Assembly: GCA_937120495.1 (NCBI GenBank)
Contig: CAKZJW010000085.1
Span: 15,194-79,193, forward strand
DNA: 64,000 bases
Direction: 5' to 3'
From: an uncultured Oligoflexia bacterium
Lineage (GTDB): Bacteria > Bdellovibrionota > Bacteriovoracia > Bacteriovoracales > Bacteriovoracaceae
Part shown: positions 10,381 through 19,949 of the stretch, piece by piece
How positions within the stretch are numbered: position 1 is the stretch's first letter
Layout: the number at the start of each line of letters is the position of its first letter
Position numbers and translations under genes: made by a program
The notes under the pieces: generated by a model
The model's database searches: none
The model's input: the letters and a program-made list of their open reading frames with translations, nothing else
What the model was told of the DNA's origin: nothing

Positions 10381-11304
10381 GTGGCAAAGGATCGTTCAAA
10401 AGGAATTGTTGGAATTTTTATATTAATAGCCGTGCTATTTGTTTTATTTTTAATTTTCGCGTTCTACACAGTTTCTAGTTTAAAGAGTACTTCTAAAATG
10501 TCAGATGCTTTCGATAGTAAGGCTGCTCCAATTGCAGTTGTCGAAGTTGATGGTGTAATTATGGATCCTAGGAAGACAATTAAAAAACTTCTAGTTGCTG
10601 AAAAAGAAGATAAATATAAAGCAATTATTCTAAGAGTTAATTCTCCTGGTGGGGCCGTTGGACCTACTCAAGAAATCTATGAAGAAATTTTAAGAATAGA
10701 TAAGAAAAAACCAGTTTACGCCTCTTTTGGTTCTGTTGCAGCTAGTGGTGGTTATTATATTGGAGCAGCCTGTAGAAAAATTTATTCTAATGCAGGAGCT
10801 ATGACTGGATCAATTGGTGTCATCATGAATTTCATGAATCTAAGTAAGCTTTATGAATGGGCAAAAGTTAACCCCGAAGTTATTAAAGCTGGTAAGTATA
10901 AAGACATCGGGAATGCTGCAAGAAAAATGACAGATGAAGAGAGACTTCTTCTTACTGAGATGACAGCAAATGTTCATGAACAGTTCATAATGGATATTTA
11001 TAAAGTTAGAGAGAAAAAAATTGTTGGTGGTCTCGATGGACTTCGTAAATATGCTCAAGGGCAAATCTTTTCAGGGCAAGGAGCTATGGAGAGAGGACTT
11101 GTCGATGAGCTGGGTGGTTTATATAAAGCCGCTCGTTCAATTCATAAAGAATTAAAATTAAAAGAAAAATTTGGGTTGAAAGTTATTAAAATCAAAAAGG
11201 ATTCAAGCATTCTTGATATGATTCAAGGTCTTGAGGAATCAGTTGAAGATTTAGGATTTAGAATTAAAAATAACGCAATCCCATTAATGATATTTAATCC
11301 ATAG
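10381..11304 (+). CDS. sppA: Signal peptide peptidase SppA (36K type, S49 family)
   Basis: It has a GTG start with AAGGAG upstream and an N-terminal TM helix. S49 motifs are present: RVNSPGGAV, AASGGYYI, and GSIGV with the catalytic Ser context. Confidence 0.88.
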   Translation: MAKDRSKGIVGIFILIAVLFVLFLIFAFYTVSSLKSTSKMSDAFDSKAAPIAVVEVDGVIMDPRKTIKKLLVAEKEDKYKAIILRVNSPGGAVGPTQEIYEEILRIDKKKPVYASFGSVAASGGYYIGAACRKIYSNAGAMTGSIGVIMNFMNLSKLYEWAKVNPEVIKAGKYKDIGNAARKMTDEERLLLTEMTANVHEQFIMDIYKVREKKIVGGLDGLRKYAQGQIFSGQGAMERGLVDELGGLYKAARSIHKELKLKEKFGLKVIKIKKDSSILDMIQGLEESVEDLGFRIKNNAIPLMIFNP

Positions 11305-11312
11305 GAAGAATA

Positions 11313-12542
11313 TTGGATTTTTTAACAGCTACAACTTTTATTAAAGAGCACTTGTTAGCAATCATTGCGATTGTAATTACAATTGTTCTTCTTTATCACT
11401 ATATTATCGAAAAAGAGCATGGTGTAAAACTCTCGAAAAAATATAGAGATAGCATCTTTGAGGCTCAATCAAAAATTTTCCTAAATGCTACTCAATATTT
11501 GATTTCTGGAGACAAAGACTTAGCGATCAAGGAATTCTTGAATGCAGTGGATCTTAATCGAGAAACCCTTGATACGTATTTTGCTCTTGGTGGTTTATTT
11601 CGATCTAATGGTGAAATAGATAAAGCCATTAGTATACACAGATCATTAATAGCCCGAGAAAACATAAGTGAAGCCAGCCGATTGAAGGCTTTAAAAGAGC
11701 TAGCTGTGGATTTTGATAAGGGCGGCTTTATAGATAAAGCGATAGAAACATATAAAGATGTTTTGAAAATCAATAGAGACCAATATGAAGTAATTCAATC
11801 TCTTTGCCGAATCTATGAAGATATTGGAGAGTGGGACCTAGCGTATAACTATAGAATTATGCTTTCTAAGGTTGGTCACGAAAATCAAAGTGAGACAATC
11901 TCACATATCCTTGTTGAAAAAGCAAAATTACACTTTGAAAATAAGGACTTTAAGTCTTGTTCTGAAGATTTAGATGATGCGTTTCGGTTTGCTCCATCTG
12001 TGTCTGCAAAAATTTTAAAGCTAAAACTTTTTATTGTTCAAAATCAAATGGAAGATGCGAAGTCACTTTTAATAGAGCTTATAAAAGAGCATCCAATGTA
12101 TGCGTCTTTTATTTTTATATCTCTAGATGAAAAATCAGCTAAGGTAGACGACGATGAATTCAATGGCCGTCTTGAAGTTCTTAGAAAATACTTTTTAAAC
12201 TATGATGATTGGTCTAAGGAAAATTCACCCTCAATTATTCTATCTCAGGTAAGACTATTAAAGGCTGAAAGCAGAACGAAAGATGCTTATGACTTATTAT
12301 CTCGCTGGATGGAGAATAATCCAACTGGTGGAGATGTTCTTAAGGTTGAATATATAAAGCTATTAATTGATGTACAAAAAGAACAAGAAGCTCTTGTGCA
12401 AACAAAAACGCTACTTAGTTCTCTTAATAATACTTTGACGAGGCATTTTTGCTCGCAATGTGGTTATGACTCTGATGCAATCTTTTGGAGATGTCCTCAA
12501 TGTCATAACTGGGAGACAATACAGTTTAGATGGAAAGTTTAA
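11313..12542 (+). CDS. lapB: Lipopolysaccharide assembly protein B (TPR repeats plus C-terminal rubredoxin-like zinc finger)
   Basis: It has a TTG start with AGGAAG upstream and an N-terminal TM helix, then TPR-like repeats. The C-terminal CSQCGYDSDAIFWRCPQCHNW matches the LapB/YciM architecture. Confidence 0.8.
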   Translation: MDFLTATTFIKEHLLAIIAIVITIVLLYHYIIEKEHGVKLSKKYRDSIFEAQSKIFLNATQYLISGDKDLAIKEFLNAVDLNRETLDTYFALGGLFRSNGEIDKAISIHRSLIARENISEASRLKALKELAVDFDKGGFIDKAIETYKDVLKINRDQYEVIQSLCRIYEDIGEWDLAYNYRIMLSKVGHENQSETISHILVEKAKLHFENKDFKSCSEDLDDAFRFAPSVSAKILKLKLFIVQNQMEDAKSLLIELIKEHPMYASFIFISLDEKSAKVDDDEFNGRLEVLRKYFLNYDDWSKENSPSIILSQVRLLKAESRTKDAYDLLSRWMENNPTGGDVLKVEYIKLLIDVQKEQEALVQTKTLLSSLNNTLTRHFCSQCGYDSDAIFWRCPQCHNWETIQFRWKV

Positions 12543-12925
12543 AACTAGCCCTTTTATTATTACTGACTTTGTCTCAGGTATCAGCTTCAGAAAAAGTTGT
12601 AGGAAAACTGTACTTTAATCAGTTTCTTGGTCATTTGCATAAAAATCCAAGCCGCTCAAGCTCAAGCTTAACTACTATTCAGTGCGCCTATCCGGTTAAA
12701 ATTTTAGAAGACTCTGAGTCTGAACCTCCAAAGGGATGGGTTGTTGCTAGGGTAGGAGATGATAAAGGTTTTATTGAATCGCAATTTTTAAGTAATAAAA
12801 GACCTTTGTGTTTTCAAGAAGAGTTTCCAAAATTCTATTTAAATTTAAATCTAGATCTTACAGATATGTATTACTGGGGACGTTTGAGCGATCAATATGT
12901 TCTTGAGGAGTCAAAAGTTAAATGA
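12530..12925 (+). CDS. Exported small protein, SH3b-like
   Basis: It has the signal peptide LLLLLTLSQVSAS. The WVVARVGDDKGFIESQFL segment resembles a bacterial SH3 domain. It overlaps lapB by 13 nt. Confidence 0.4.
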   Translation: MESLKLALLLLLTLSQVSASEKVVGKLYFNQFLGHLHKNPSRSSSSLTTIQCAYPVKILEDSESEPPKGWVVARVGDDKGFIESQFLSNKRPLCFQEEFPKFYLNLNLDLTDMYYWGRLSDQYVLEESKVK

Positions 12926-13833
12926 AACTTTTAATAATTCTGTTAATTCTAGTAAGTTCTATTTCTTTTTCTCAAGAGGTACGAGAACTATCTAAGACTC
13001 TTGGCAAATCACCTAAGGTCAAACTTCTGCCAGAGGAGAAAGAGCAGAGTTTAATGGATTACTCAAATATTAAAAATGTTTTAAAAAAAGATGGACTTGT
13101 AAAACATAAAAAGAAGAAAACAAAAGATATACAAAAGATTAAAAAAATTAGAAGCCAGCTAGAACTTAAAAAATATAATTACCCTGATGGTGATCGATTC
13201 TGGAGTTTCTTTTCCGAATATTGGCTTGTTAAAAATGCACAAACTCTTCAATGGGATTTTTCAAAGCCTCAGTATGGAATAGCGACAGCTTTTAGAAGAC
13301 TATTGGAAAAGATTGGTTATTATCATAGAAAAATTAAAATTTTAATTGTTAATACTCCAAATTTAACACATGCAGCTCTACCGGGGGATAAAGGAGAGTA
13401 CTTCTTTATTATTTCTCTGCCATTTATGAGAACTCTTGACCTTACAAAGGTTGATATATCACTCCTCTTTTTAGAGGATATGTATCGAATAGATATGGGC
13501 TATTTTAAAGAAAACATTAAAGAAGATCTGGGGTTTCTTGGGCAAAATTTTAAGGCGTCTAAATTTAACAAAAAAAAGTTGGATAACTTATTAAAAGATT
13601 ACACTCGAATCCTTTTTAAAGATGGATTTAGTTTTCAGCAACAGTATAAAGTTACGAAACAGATGGACTCTGTTCTAAAAGCGGATCCTGCTTTGTGGAG
13701 TATTTATTTAAAGATGCTTAATAAGATAGATGAGTTAGTAAAAGATAATTTATTGTATAAAGATTATAATAAAATTTATCCATCACCAGAGTTACAAATT
13801 AAGTGGATAAGCCCTAAAAAGAAAATAATCTAA
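12922..13833 (+). CDS. Exported hypothetical protein (303 aa)
   Basis: It has the signal peptide MKLLIILLILVSSISFS and a 4-nt overlap with the upstream gene. No recognised motif. Confidence 0.5.
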   Translation: MKLLIILLILVSSISFSQEVRELSKTLGKSPKVKLLPEEKEQSLMDYSNIKNVLKKDGLVKHKKKKTKDIQKIKKIRSQLELKKYNYPDGDRFWSFFSEYWLVKNAQTLQWDFSKPQYGIATAFRRLLEKIGYYHRKIKILIVNTPNLTHAALPGDKGEYFFIISLPFMRTLDLTKVDISLLFLEDMYRIDMGYFKENIKEDLGFLGQNFKASKFNKKKLDNLLKDYTRILFKDGFSFQQQYKVTKQMDSVLKADPALWSIYLKMLNKIDELVKDNLLYKDYNKIYPSPELQIKWISPKKKII

Positions 13834-14688
13834 ATGAGCTATGCACAATCAAACTTTTCTTTTTCACTAGGAATGAGAAAAATACTTTCTTACTATTTAG
13901 GATTCTCAATTCTATTTTTTTTAATTCACTTAAGTCTTGTTTCAACTGTTACATTCTTTCATTTTCTAATAGACCATGACATGCATATTATTGAAAACTG
14001 GCTTTTTACAAATGCCTGGGAGCTTATAATTAGTTCAAAGTTATTAGCGTTTGTAATAATTATAAAATTTTTAAAACTTAATAACTACCTTGTTACAGAC
14101 CTTCTAACAATTTTGAAAACGGATCTTTGGAAACCGAGTAGGTCCGCTTTTGTAATGATACTATTTCTTGCAACTTGCTTCTTCGCTATTTTATTACAGT
14201 TTGGAAATGGTATAACCTTTAATCCTAAATCGTTAGATTACGTTTATTTTTCATACCTGGGATCTATTTTATTTTTTATAATTGATTTTTTAGTAATTAA
14301 TATTTTGTTGAGAAATGTAAAACAATTTTCTAAAAAGAAAAATTCGTTACTAATAGCTTCCTTATTAGTTATATTTCTTGCTTTCACTAAAATGACCCTT
14401 CCTTATATTGATAAATTTTTATTTATAATTATTCTTCATTTTCTAACTTTATTGATTCTTTTATTTTCGGAAAAAAGAAATATTATGAATATCATTTTGT
14501 ACTCGACTCTTTTAATAGGGCCACTAGCGTCACTATTTGGTTTTGATCTTGTATGGGAGAATGCCCATGCAGTTTACATTTATAATACTAAACTTCCTCT
14601 GACTGGTATTATTGGAGTTTGGCTGATTGGAATAGTCTATTACTATAAACGAAAATCTGTTCACGTTGACGTTAAATTAGAAGGCTAG
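13834..14688 (+). CDS. Polytopic inner-membrane protein, unknown function
   Basis: It has about 7 hydrophobic segments. Its start abuts the previous stop codon. Confidence 0.5.
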   Translation: MSYAQSNFSFSLGMRKILSYYLGFSILFFLIHLSLVSTVTFFHFLIDHDMHIIENWLFTNAWELIISSKLLAFVIIIKFLKLNNYLVTDLLTILKTDLWKPSRSAFVMILFLATCFFAILLQFGNGITFNPKSLDYVYFSYLGSILFFIIDFLVINILLRNVKQFSKKKNSLLIASLLVIFLAFTKMTLPYIDKFLFIIILHFLTLLILLFSEKRNIMNIILYSTLLIGPLASLFGFDLVWENAHAVYIYNTKLPLTGIIGVWLIGIVYYYKRKSVHVDVKLEG

Positions 14689-14721
14689 GATAATATAATT
14701 CTTAAACACAATGGAGTTCTT

Positions 14722-15447
14722 ATGCACGGTGAAATGAATATACTACTGATACTTCTAAATTCTGGAATTGTCGTAAAGATTGTTTTATTACTTTTAATCT
14801 TAGCCTCAATAGTATCTTGGGCAATTATTTTTCAAAAGAAAAAAACATTTAAGAAATTTGAAGAAGAGAATGAAAAATTTTGGGAGTTTTATCAAGCGTC
14901 CTCGAGTTTAGAGGATATTTATGAGCAAGCGAATAAATATGAAAATTCTTCATTAAGTTTAATGTTCGAGAAAGGTTATGTTGAGCTTAATAAAATTAAA
15001 GATAAACTTAAGACGACGGGTCAGGAAGAGAAGTCTCAAAGCTATGTTCGAGAGTATGGAATTGAAGCAATTGAGAGAAGTCTGACTCAAGGAGCAAGCC
15101 TATCTAATGAAAAGCTTGATACAAGATTAGAAACATTAGCGAGTGTTAGTTCTGTTGCACCTTTTATCGGTTTATTCGGAACAGTTTGGGGAATAATTGA
15201 CTCATTTACAGGCCTTGCATCTGGTGGCGGAAGTATTGAAGCTGTTGCTCCTGGGATTGCAGAGGCACTTGTTGCAACTGCCGTAGGCCTAGCCGCAGCA
15301 ATACCTGCGAATTGGTTTTTTAATATTTATACAAATAAAATCTTAAAACTAAATAATCAAATGGAATCTTTCGGTCAAGACTTTTTGAATATGATTGAAA
15401 GGGATACTCTGAACTCAGAAGTTGTAACTAAACAAGAGCAGGAATAA
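14722..15447 (+). CDS. tolQ: Tol-Pal system protein TolQ (MotA/TolQ/ExbB proton channel)
   Basis: It has three TM segments and the conserved C-terminal block SVAPFIGLFGTVWGII...IAEALVATAVGLAAAIPA. tolR, tolA and tolB follow. Confidence 0.88.
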   Translation: MHGEMNILLILLNSGIVVKIVLLLLILASIVSWAIIFQKKKTFKKFEEENEKFWEFYQASSSLEDIYEQANKYENSSLSLMFEKGYVELNKIKDKLKTTGQEEKSQSYVREYGIEAIERSLTQGASLSNEKLDTRLETLASVSSVAPFIGLFGTVWGIIDSFTGLASGGGSIEAVAPGIAEALVATAVGLAAAIPANWFFNIYTNKILKLNNQMESFGQDFLNMIERDTLNSEVVTKQEQE

Positions 15448-15448
15448 T

Positions 15449-15862
15449 ATGGGATTCAAGCTTAATAAAAAGAAAGGACCTATCTCTGAGATAAATGTGA
15501 CTCCTTTAGTAGATGTCATGCTTGTTTTACTTGTTATCTTTATGATTAGTGCACCTTTAATGTTCAGTGGAATCAATTTAAAGCTTCCAAAAACAAAAAA
15601 AGTTAACAATTTAAAACTAACTCAAAAGCAGGTGATTTTATCAGTTAGCCCCGCTGGTGAATTATTCTTAGGTGATATTAAATATGTTGAGAGTGAAATC
15701 TCTCAGTTTATTCTATCTCAGTTTAAAGAGTTTAAAACAGAAGTTCTTTATTTAAGAGCTGATTACTCTTTAGAGTATGGAAAAATAGCAAAACTTGTTT
15801 CAAAACTAAAGAACAGTGGAATTACCAATATTGCACTCGTTACGGAGATAGAAAAGAAATAA
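15449..15862 (+). CDS. tolR: Tol-Pal system protein TolR (ExbD/TolR family)
   Basis: INVTPLVDVMLVLLVIFMISAP contains the conserved Asp. Size and position fit. Confidence 0.88.
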   Translation: MGFKLNKKKGPISEINVTPLVDVMLVLLVIFMISAPLMFSGINLKLPKTKKVNNLKLTQKQVILSVSPAGELFLGDIKYVESEISQFILSQFKEFKTEVLYLRADYSLEYGKIAKLVSKLKNSGITNIALVTEIEKK

Positions 15863-16674
15863 TGATAGGTAAAAGCTCCTTTGGAGTAGAAGATAAATTT
15901 AATAAGTATCTAAGTCTTGCTGTTATTTTTCATGCAGGGATCTTACTTTTTATTTTTACTTTAAATACAGTTCTTAAATTAGATCTATTTCGAAAAGATG
16001 AAGTTCCAAAAAACTTAAAGCTTATCCAATCAAGCGTGCGAGTTGATATTGTGGCCATGCCAAAATTCACAGTTCAAGAGCTTAAAAAAATGAAAGTTGC
16101 ACCAGTGGCAAAAGAAGTAAAAGCTGAGGTTTCTAAAAAAGAAGCTGAAGATGTGATTAAGCCTGGTGATGTTGTAATAAAGAAAGCCAAAAAGAAAATC
16201 AACTTAAAAAACCTTCTTTCTAATTTAAGTAAAAAAGAAATTAGGAAGCTTAAGAAAAAAAATAAGAATAAAAAGAATTCGAAAGGTAAAATTAACCAAA
16301 AACAAAGAGAGCTTTTAAATAAATTAATCCTTGAGGGGAATCACGTAAGCTCTGGCTCTAGCCTTGTTGGTGATAATTCATCTGAGGCCAGCTCAAAATT
16401 TAATCAATATGTTCAAAATCTCTCAAATTTAGTTCGTCCGCACTGGAAACTTCCTAGTTACTTAATTGAGAAAAATTTAAAATGTCGAATTCGAATTTAT
16501 ATTGCAGCAAACGGAAAAATTTTAGATAAAAAAATATATGAATCAAGTGGAGTCTCAGAGTTTGATCAACGTGCTTTAGCAGCAGTTGAATCTGTCTCCA
16601 TATTACCCAAGCCAGATGGTGAGATTATATCCAAGCTTGCAGCTGGAGAGGCCGTACTAGGTTTCCCTCTATAA
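15862..16674 (+). CDS. tolA: TolA-like protein (TM anchor, Lys-rich linker, TonB_C-like C-terminus)
   Basis: It has an N-terminal TM helix, a K-rich low-complexity middle and a C-terminal domain with HWKLPSY...RIRIYIAANGKI. It lies between tolR and tolB. Confidence 0.7.
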   Translation: MIGKSSFGVEDKFNKYLSLAVIFHAGILLFIFTLNTVLKLDLFRKDEVPKNLKLIQSSVRVDIVAMPKFTVQELKKMKVAPVAKEVKAEVSKKEAEDVIKPGDVVIKKAKKKINLKNLLSNLSKKEIRKLKKKNKNKKNSKGKINQKQRELLNKLILEGNHVSSGSSLVGDNSSEASSKFNQYVQNLSNLVRPHWKLPSYLIEKNLKCRIRIYIAANGKILDKKIYESSGVSEFDQRALAAVESVSILPKPDGEIISKLAAGEAVLGFPL

Positions 16675-16686
16675 ATAAGGAATAAG

Positions 16687-17982
16687 ATGAAGATAATATT
16701 ATTGATGATGATGATGCTCTTTCAAGCTCAAGCACAGGATAGCTTAACAGTTGTTGCAGTGGGAGAGGCTGAGATAGAGAAAGATTCCTTAATTATCGCA
16801 AAACCAAAAGTAAGTTTTAAAGCTTCACCTAAAATATTTCAAGAAATTAAAGAGATTGGTGAGATACTTAAGTCAGACTTCTCGTTTTACAAGCATAAAT
16901 TCTCTCTAGAAAAACCTAGTGATGGCAAGCCCACTTACAATATTAAATTAGAGTTTAAGTCGTTTAATTCCGTATCTGTTGAAGTTATCAATAATATGAA
17001 CTCAGTAAGAAGCTCTTCTTTTAATGTGCCTGTAGATGCTAGAAATATTATTACTACAGCTCATACGGTTTCCAATAAGATATATGAAGCAATAGCAGGA
17101 GAAAAATCAATTTTTCTAAGTAAGATTGTTTTTGTTTCAGATAGAGTTAGTACTAGAAAAGAAATTCGAAAAGAACTTTATATAATGGATTTTGATGGTC
17201 GAAGGAAACAGCGTTTAACTTATACAAACTCAATGATTATCTCTCCTGCCATCTCTCCAGATAATTCAAAAATTTTATATTCAGCAATTGAGAATAAATG
17301 GAAAAGATCATCTAGGGGAGCTGTCATAAAAGTTAAAAATATAAACTTATATCTTCTTGATCTTAAAACTAAAAAGACAACTCTCATCTCTGAAGTTGAT
17401 GGGATGAACTCTGGAGCTGTCTTTAGTGCAGATGGAAAGGATATCTTCCTCACTCTGACACATACAAAAAATGCAGATATCTACAAGATTAACTTAAAAA
17501 CTAAAAAGAGAACTAAGATAACAAGTCACTTCTTAGATGATGTTGATCCTCATATTAATAAAGATGGAAACCTTTTAACTTTCCTTTCTGGCAGAAGTGG
17601 AAGAGCAATGATCTATACTCTAGATCCAACGGGTGTAGAGAAGAGTGTAAAGAGAATCAGCTATGTTGGAAAGTTTAATGCCGCTCCAAAATTCTCTCCT
17701 GACGGTTCACAGATCACTTTTTCCTCTTGGGTAGATGATAAGTTTGATATCTATAAAATAGATAGTAATGGGCAAAACCTTGTGAGACTTACTAAGAACT
17801 TTGGCTCTAACGAAGAGGCCAATTTCTCTCCAGATGGGCAATTCATCGTATTTAGCTCTCAAAAGGTCATAAATCGTAAAAAAGCTATACAAAATATCTA
17901 CATAATGAACGTCGAGGGTGAAATTATTAAGAAGGTTAGTTCCAACTATGGAAAAATCTTTACACCTAGATGGTCTAACTAA
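16687..17982 (+). CDS. tolB: Tol-Pal system beta-propeller protein TolB
   Basis: It has a signal peptide and repeated PD40-type motifs: SPDNSKILYSA, SADGKDIFLT, SPDGSQITFSS and SPDGQFIVFSS. Confidence 0.88.
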   Translation: MKIILLMMMMLFQAQAQDSLTVVAVGEAEIEKDSLIIAKPKVSFKASPKIFQEIKEIGEILKSDFSFYKHKFSLEKPSDGKPTYNIKLEFKSFNSVSVEVINNMNSVRSSSFNVPVDARNIITTAHTVSNKIYEAIAGEKSIFLSKIVFVSDRVSTRKEIRKELYIMDFDGRRKQRLTYTNSMIISPAISPDNSKILYSAIENKWKRSSRGAVIKVKNINLYLLDLKTKKTTLISEVDGMNSGAVFSADGKDIFLTLTHTKNADIYKINLKTKKRTKITSHFLDDVDPHINKDGNLLTFLSGRSGRAMIYTLDPTGVEKSVKRISYVGKFNAAPKFSPDGSQITFSSWVDDKFDIYKIDSNGQNLVRLTKNFGSNEEANFSPDGQFIVFSSQKVINRKKAIQNIYIMNVEGEIIKKVSSNYGKIFTPRWSN

Positions 17983-18034
17983 CCGAAAACAAAGGGATTG
18001 ACTCACAAAGTTAAAGTACCTGAGCACTTTAATC

Positions 18035-18062
18035 TTGTAAAATTTTCATACAATGTTATACT
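18035..18062 (+). promoter_or_regulatory. Candidate sigma-70 promoter (TTGTAA-N16-TATACT) for the GAF/AAA+ regulator gene
   Basis: Hexamers read directly at 18035-18040 and 18057-18062, about 65 nt upstream of the ATG at 18128. Confidence 0.3.
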
Positions 18063-18127
18063 TTTTGAAGTTACGCATCGCATAAATATTTTACAGTTTT
18101 TAATATAAGTGAAAAGGAGATTAACAG

Positions 18128-19627
18128 ATGAGAGCACTAGACCTAAACAAAGTATCAACACTTTCAACAGTTCTTTTAACAAACCTAGATGAGGGAGTTT
18201 TCTTCTCTAAGATTTCAGAATTTGTTGCTGAGCAATTTGGAGAGTATAAAGTACAATTATTTAGTGCAAACACTGATGGATCTACAGAGCTTAGAGCTCA
18301 AGACGGAAAGCTAGTTAAAAAAGGAATGATCTACCCTAAAGGACAAGGTCTTTCTGGATATGTTGCTAGAACAAAAAAGGCTTACTACTCAAACTCAAAA
18401 AGAGATCCAATGTTAGCTAACACAAAAAGAGACGAAGCTGTTGAATGTGAAGTTTGTGTTCCAGTAATCTGTGGGGATCTAATCATTGGTACAATTCACG
18501 TACAATCAAGTAATGAAGATAGAAGATTTGGTGATGAAGATGTTGCTCTAGTTAATGAAACTCTAAGCCATCTTGAAGCAGCGATAAAAAATATGAGAAT
18601 GTATCTAATTGCTAAAAACTTAAACAAAGAATTAGAGCAAAGAATTCTAGAAAAAGAAGAAGAATTAAAAAATAGAGGCCCAGTTCTTAAGGCCAATAGA
18701 GGATCAAAGTCAAAAATTGAAATTATTGGTCACTCAAATCAAATTACTGATGTTTTAAATATCGCGAAAAGAGTTGCAGCGGAAGACTTCCCAGTATTTA
18801 TTCAAGGTGAATCTGGAACAGGTAAGAAGCAATTAGCAAAGAAAATCCACTCTCTTTCAGATAGAAAAGCAGCTGAGTGTATTACTGTTCACTGTTCTTC
18901 AATAGCGGAAGGGCAAATTGAAAATGAACTATTTGGAACAACTCAAAGAGCAGGTGTTTTACAAAGAGCAAACGGTGGAACTGTAATTCTTGATAATGTT
19001 GAGCAACTTCCAACTTCAATTCAATCTAAACTATTAAGAGCTTTAATATCTGGGGAAATCTACAATACAGATTCAAATATCCCTCAAGCAATTAACGTAA
19101 GAGTAATCTCTTTAACAAACTCTTTAATTGAAACAGCAGTAGAAGAAGGAACTTTTAGAGAAGACCTTCTTTATAGACTTAATATCGTAGGTGTTAACAT
19201 GCCTTCACTTTCTGAAAGACAAGATGATATTAAAGTATTAGCTGAGTACTTCTTAAATTTAGGAAAGAAAACGGAAGACTTTAAAATCCTAACAAGCGAA
19301 GCAGTTGAAAGACTAGTTGGGTATAACTGGCCAGGAAATATTCAAGAGCTAAGAAATATCATGGAAAGAACTTATATCCTTGCAGAAGGAAAGTATGTTG
19401 AAGGTTCAGATCTTCCAAACCTTATTGTTGAACTAAAAGAGCAAGAAGTAGTTGTTGAAACTTTTACTGAAATGACACTTCATGACTTAGAAAGAAAGCA
19501 CATCTGTAGAACGCTTGAGCACCTGGATGGTAATAAAACAAGAGCTGCTAAAGTTCTTGGGATCACTGTTAAGACTCTTTATAATAAGCTTCACAGCTAT
19601 GGGCTAGTGCATCCAAAGGCTGAATAA
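18128..19627 (+). CDS. GAF / AAA+ / Fis-HTH regulator of the NtrC (bacterial enhancer-binding protein) family, with a degenerate sigma-54 contact loop
   Basis: It has a GAF-like N-terminus, Walker A GESGTGKK, the arginine-finger region FREDLLYRLN, then WPGNIQELRN. The C-terminus is the Fis-type HTH GNKTRAAKVLGITVKTLYNKL. The GAFTGA motif is absent and Walker B reads ILDNV. Confidence 0.8.
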   Translation: MRALDLNKVSTLSTVLLTNLDEGVFFSKISEFVAEQFGEYKVQLFSANTDGSTELRAQDGKLVKKGMIYPKGQGLSGYVARTKKAYYSNSKRDPMLANTKRDEAVECEVCVPVICGDLIIGTIHVQSSNEDRRFGDEDVALVNETLSHLEAAIKNMRMYLIAKNLNKELEQRILEKEEELKNRGPVLKANRGSKSKIEIIGHSNQITDVLNIAKRVAAEDFPVFIQGESGTGKKQLAKKIHSLSDRKAAECITVHCSSIAEGQIENELFGTTQRAGVLQRANGGTVILDNVEQLPTSIQSKLLRALISGEIYNTDSNIPQAINVRVISLTNSLIETAVEEGTFREDLLYRLNIVGVNMPSLSERQDDIKVLAEYFLNLGKKTEDFKILTSEAVERLVGYNWPGNIQELRNIMERTYILAEGKYVEGSDLPNLIVELKEQEVVVETFTEMTLHDLERKHICRTLEHLDGNKTRAAKVLGITVKTLYNKLHSYGLVHPKAE

Positions 19628-19681
19628 AAAATATTGATGTATTGAAATCGAAAACGTAGAATATCTCTCAGGGAGAAAATA

Positions 19682-19888
19682 ATGGCAAGAACAGCAAAAA
19701 AAGGTAAAACAAAAAAAGTAAGTAGTGAAGTCGCTGCAGCGATCAAAAGCTTTAAAGCAAGCGAAGAAGTAGAAACTTTCTACAGCTATATTCATGAAAA
19801 CAAACTTAGAGCAGAAGCTTCAATGCTAATTAGCACAGTTCTTCAAACTCTTAAGCCTGCGAAGAGAAAAAGAAAAACTCTTCAATAA
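19682..19888 (+). CDS. Small basic protein (68 aa), unknown function
   Basis: It has the RBS AGGGAG upstream, K/R-rich termini, and a strong terminator after it. Confidence 0.45.
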   Translation: MARTAKKGKTKKVSSEVAAAIKSFKASEEVETFYSYIHENKLRAEASMLISTVLQTLKPAKRKRKTLQ

Positions 19889-19910
19889 GAAATTAAATTA
19901 TTAAGATAAA

Positions 19911-19940
19911 ACACCGGGCACTGACTCGGTGTTTTTTTTT
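19911..19940 (+). terminator. Rho-independent terminator
   Basis: The stem ACACCGGG/CTCGGTGT (one G-U pair) has a 6-nt loop and is followed by a T9 run. Confidence 0.8.
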
Positions 19941-19949
19941 GGAAAAAGC

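Noticed and set aside
16177-16310. Lys-rich repetitive stretch in TolA, and a similar one at the Ctp C-terminus (about 26570-26680), considered as DNA-level repeats.
   Set aside because: These are low-complexity coding sequence (AAA/AAG runs) for charged linkers. They are not discrete repeat units.
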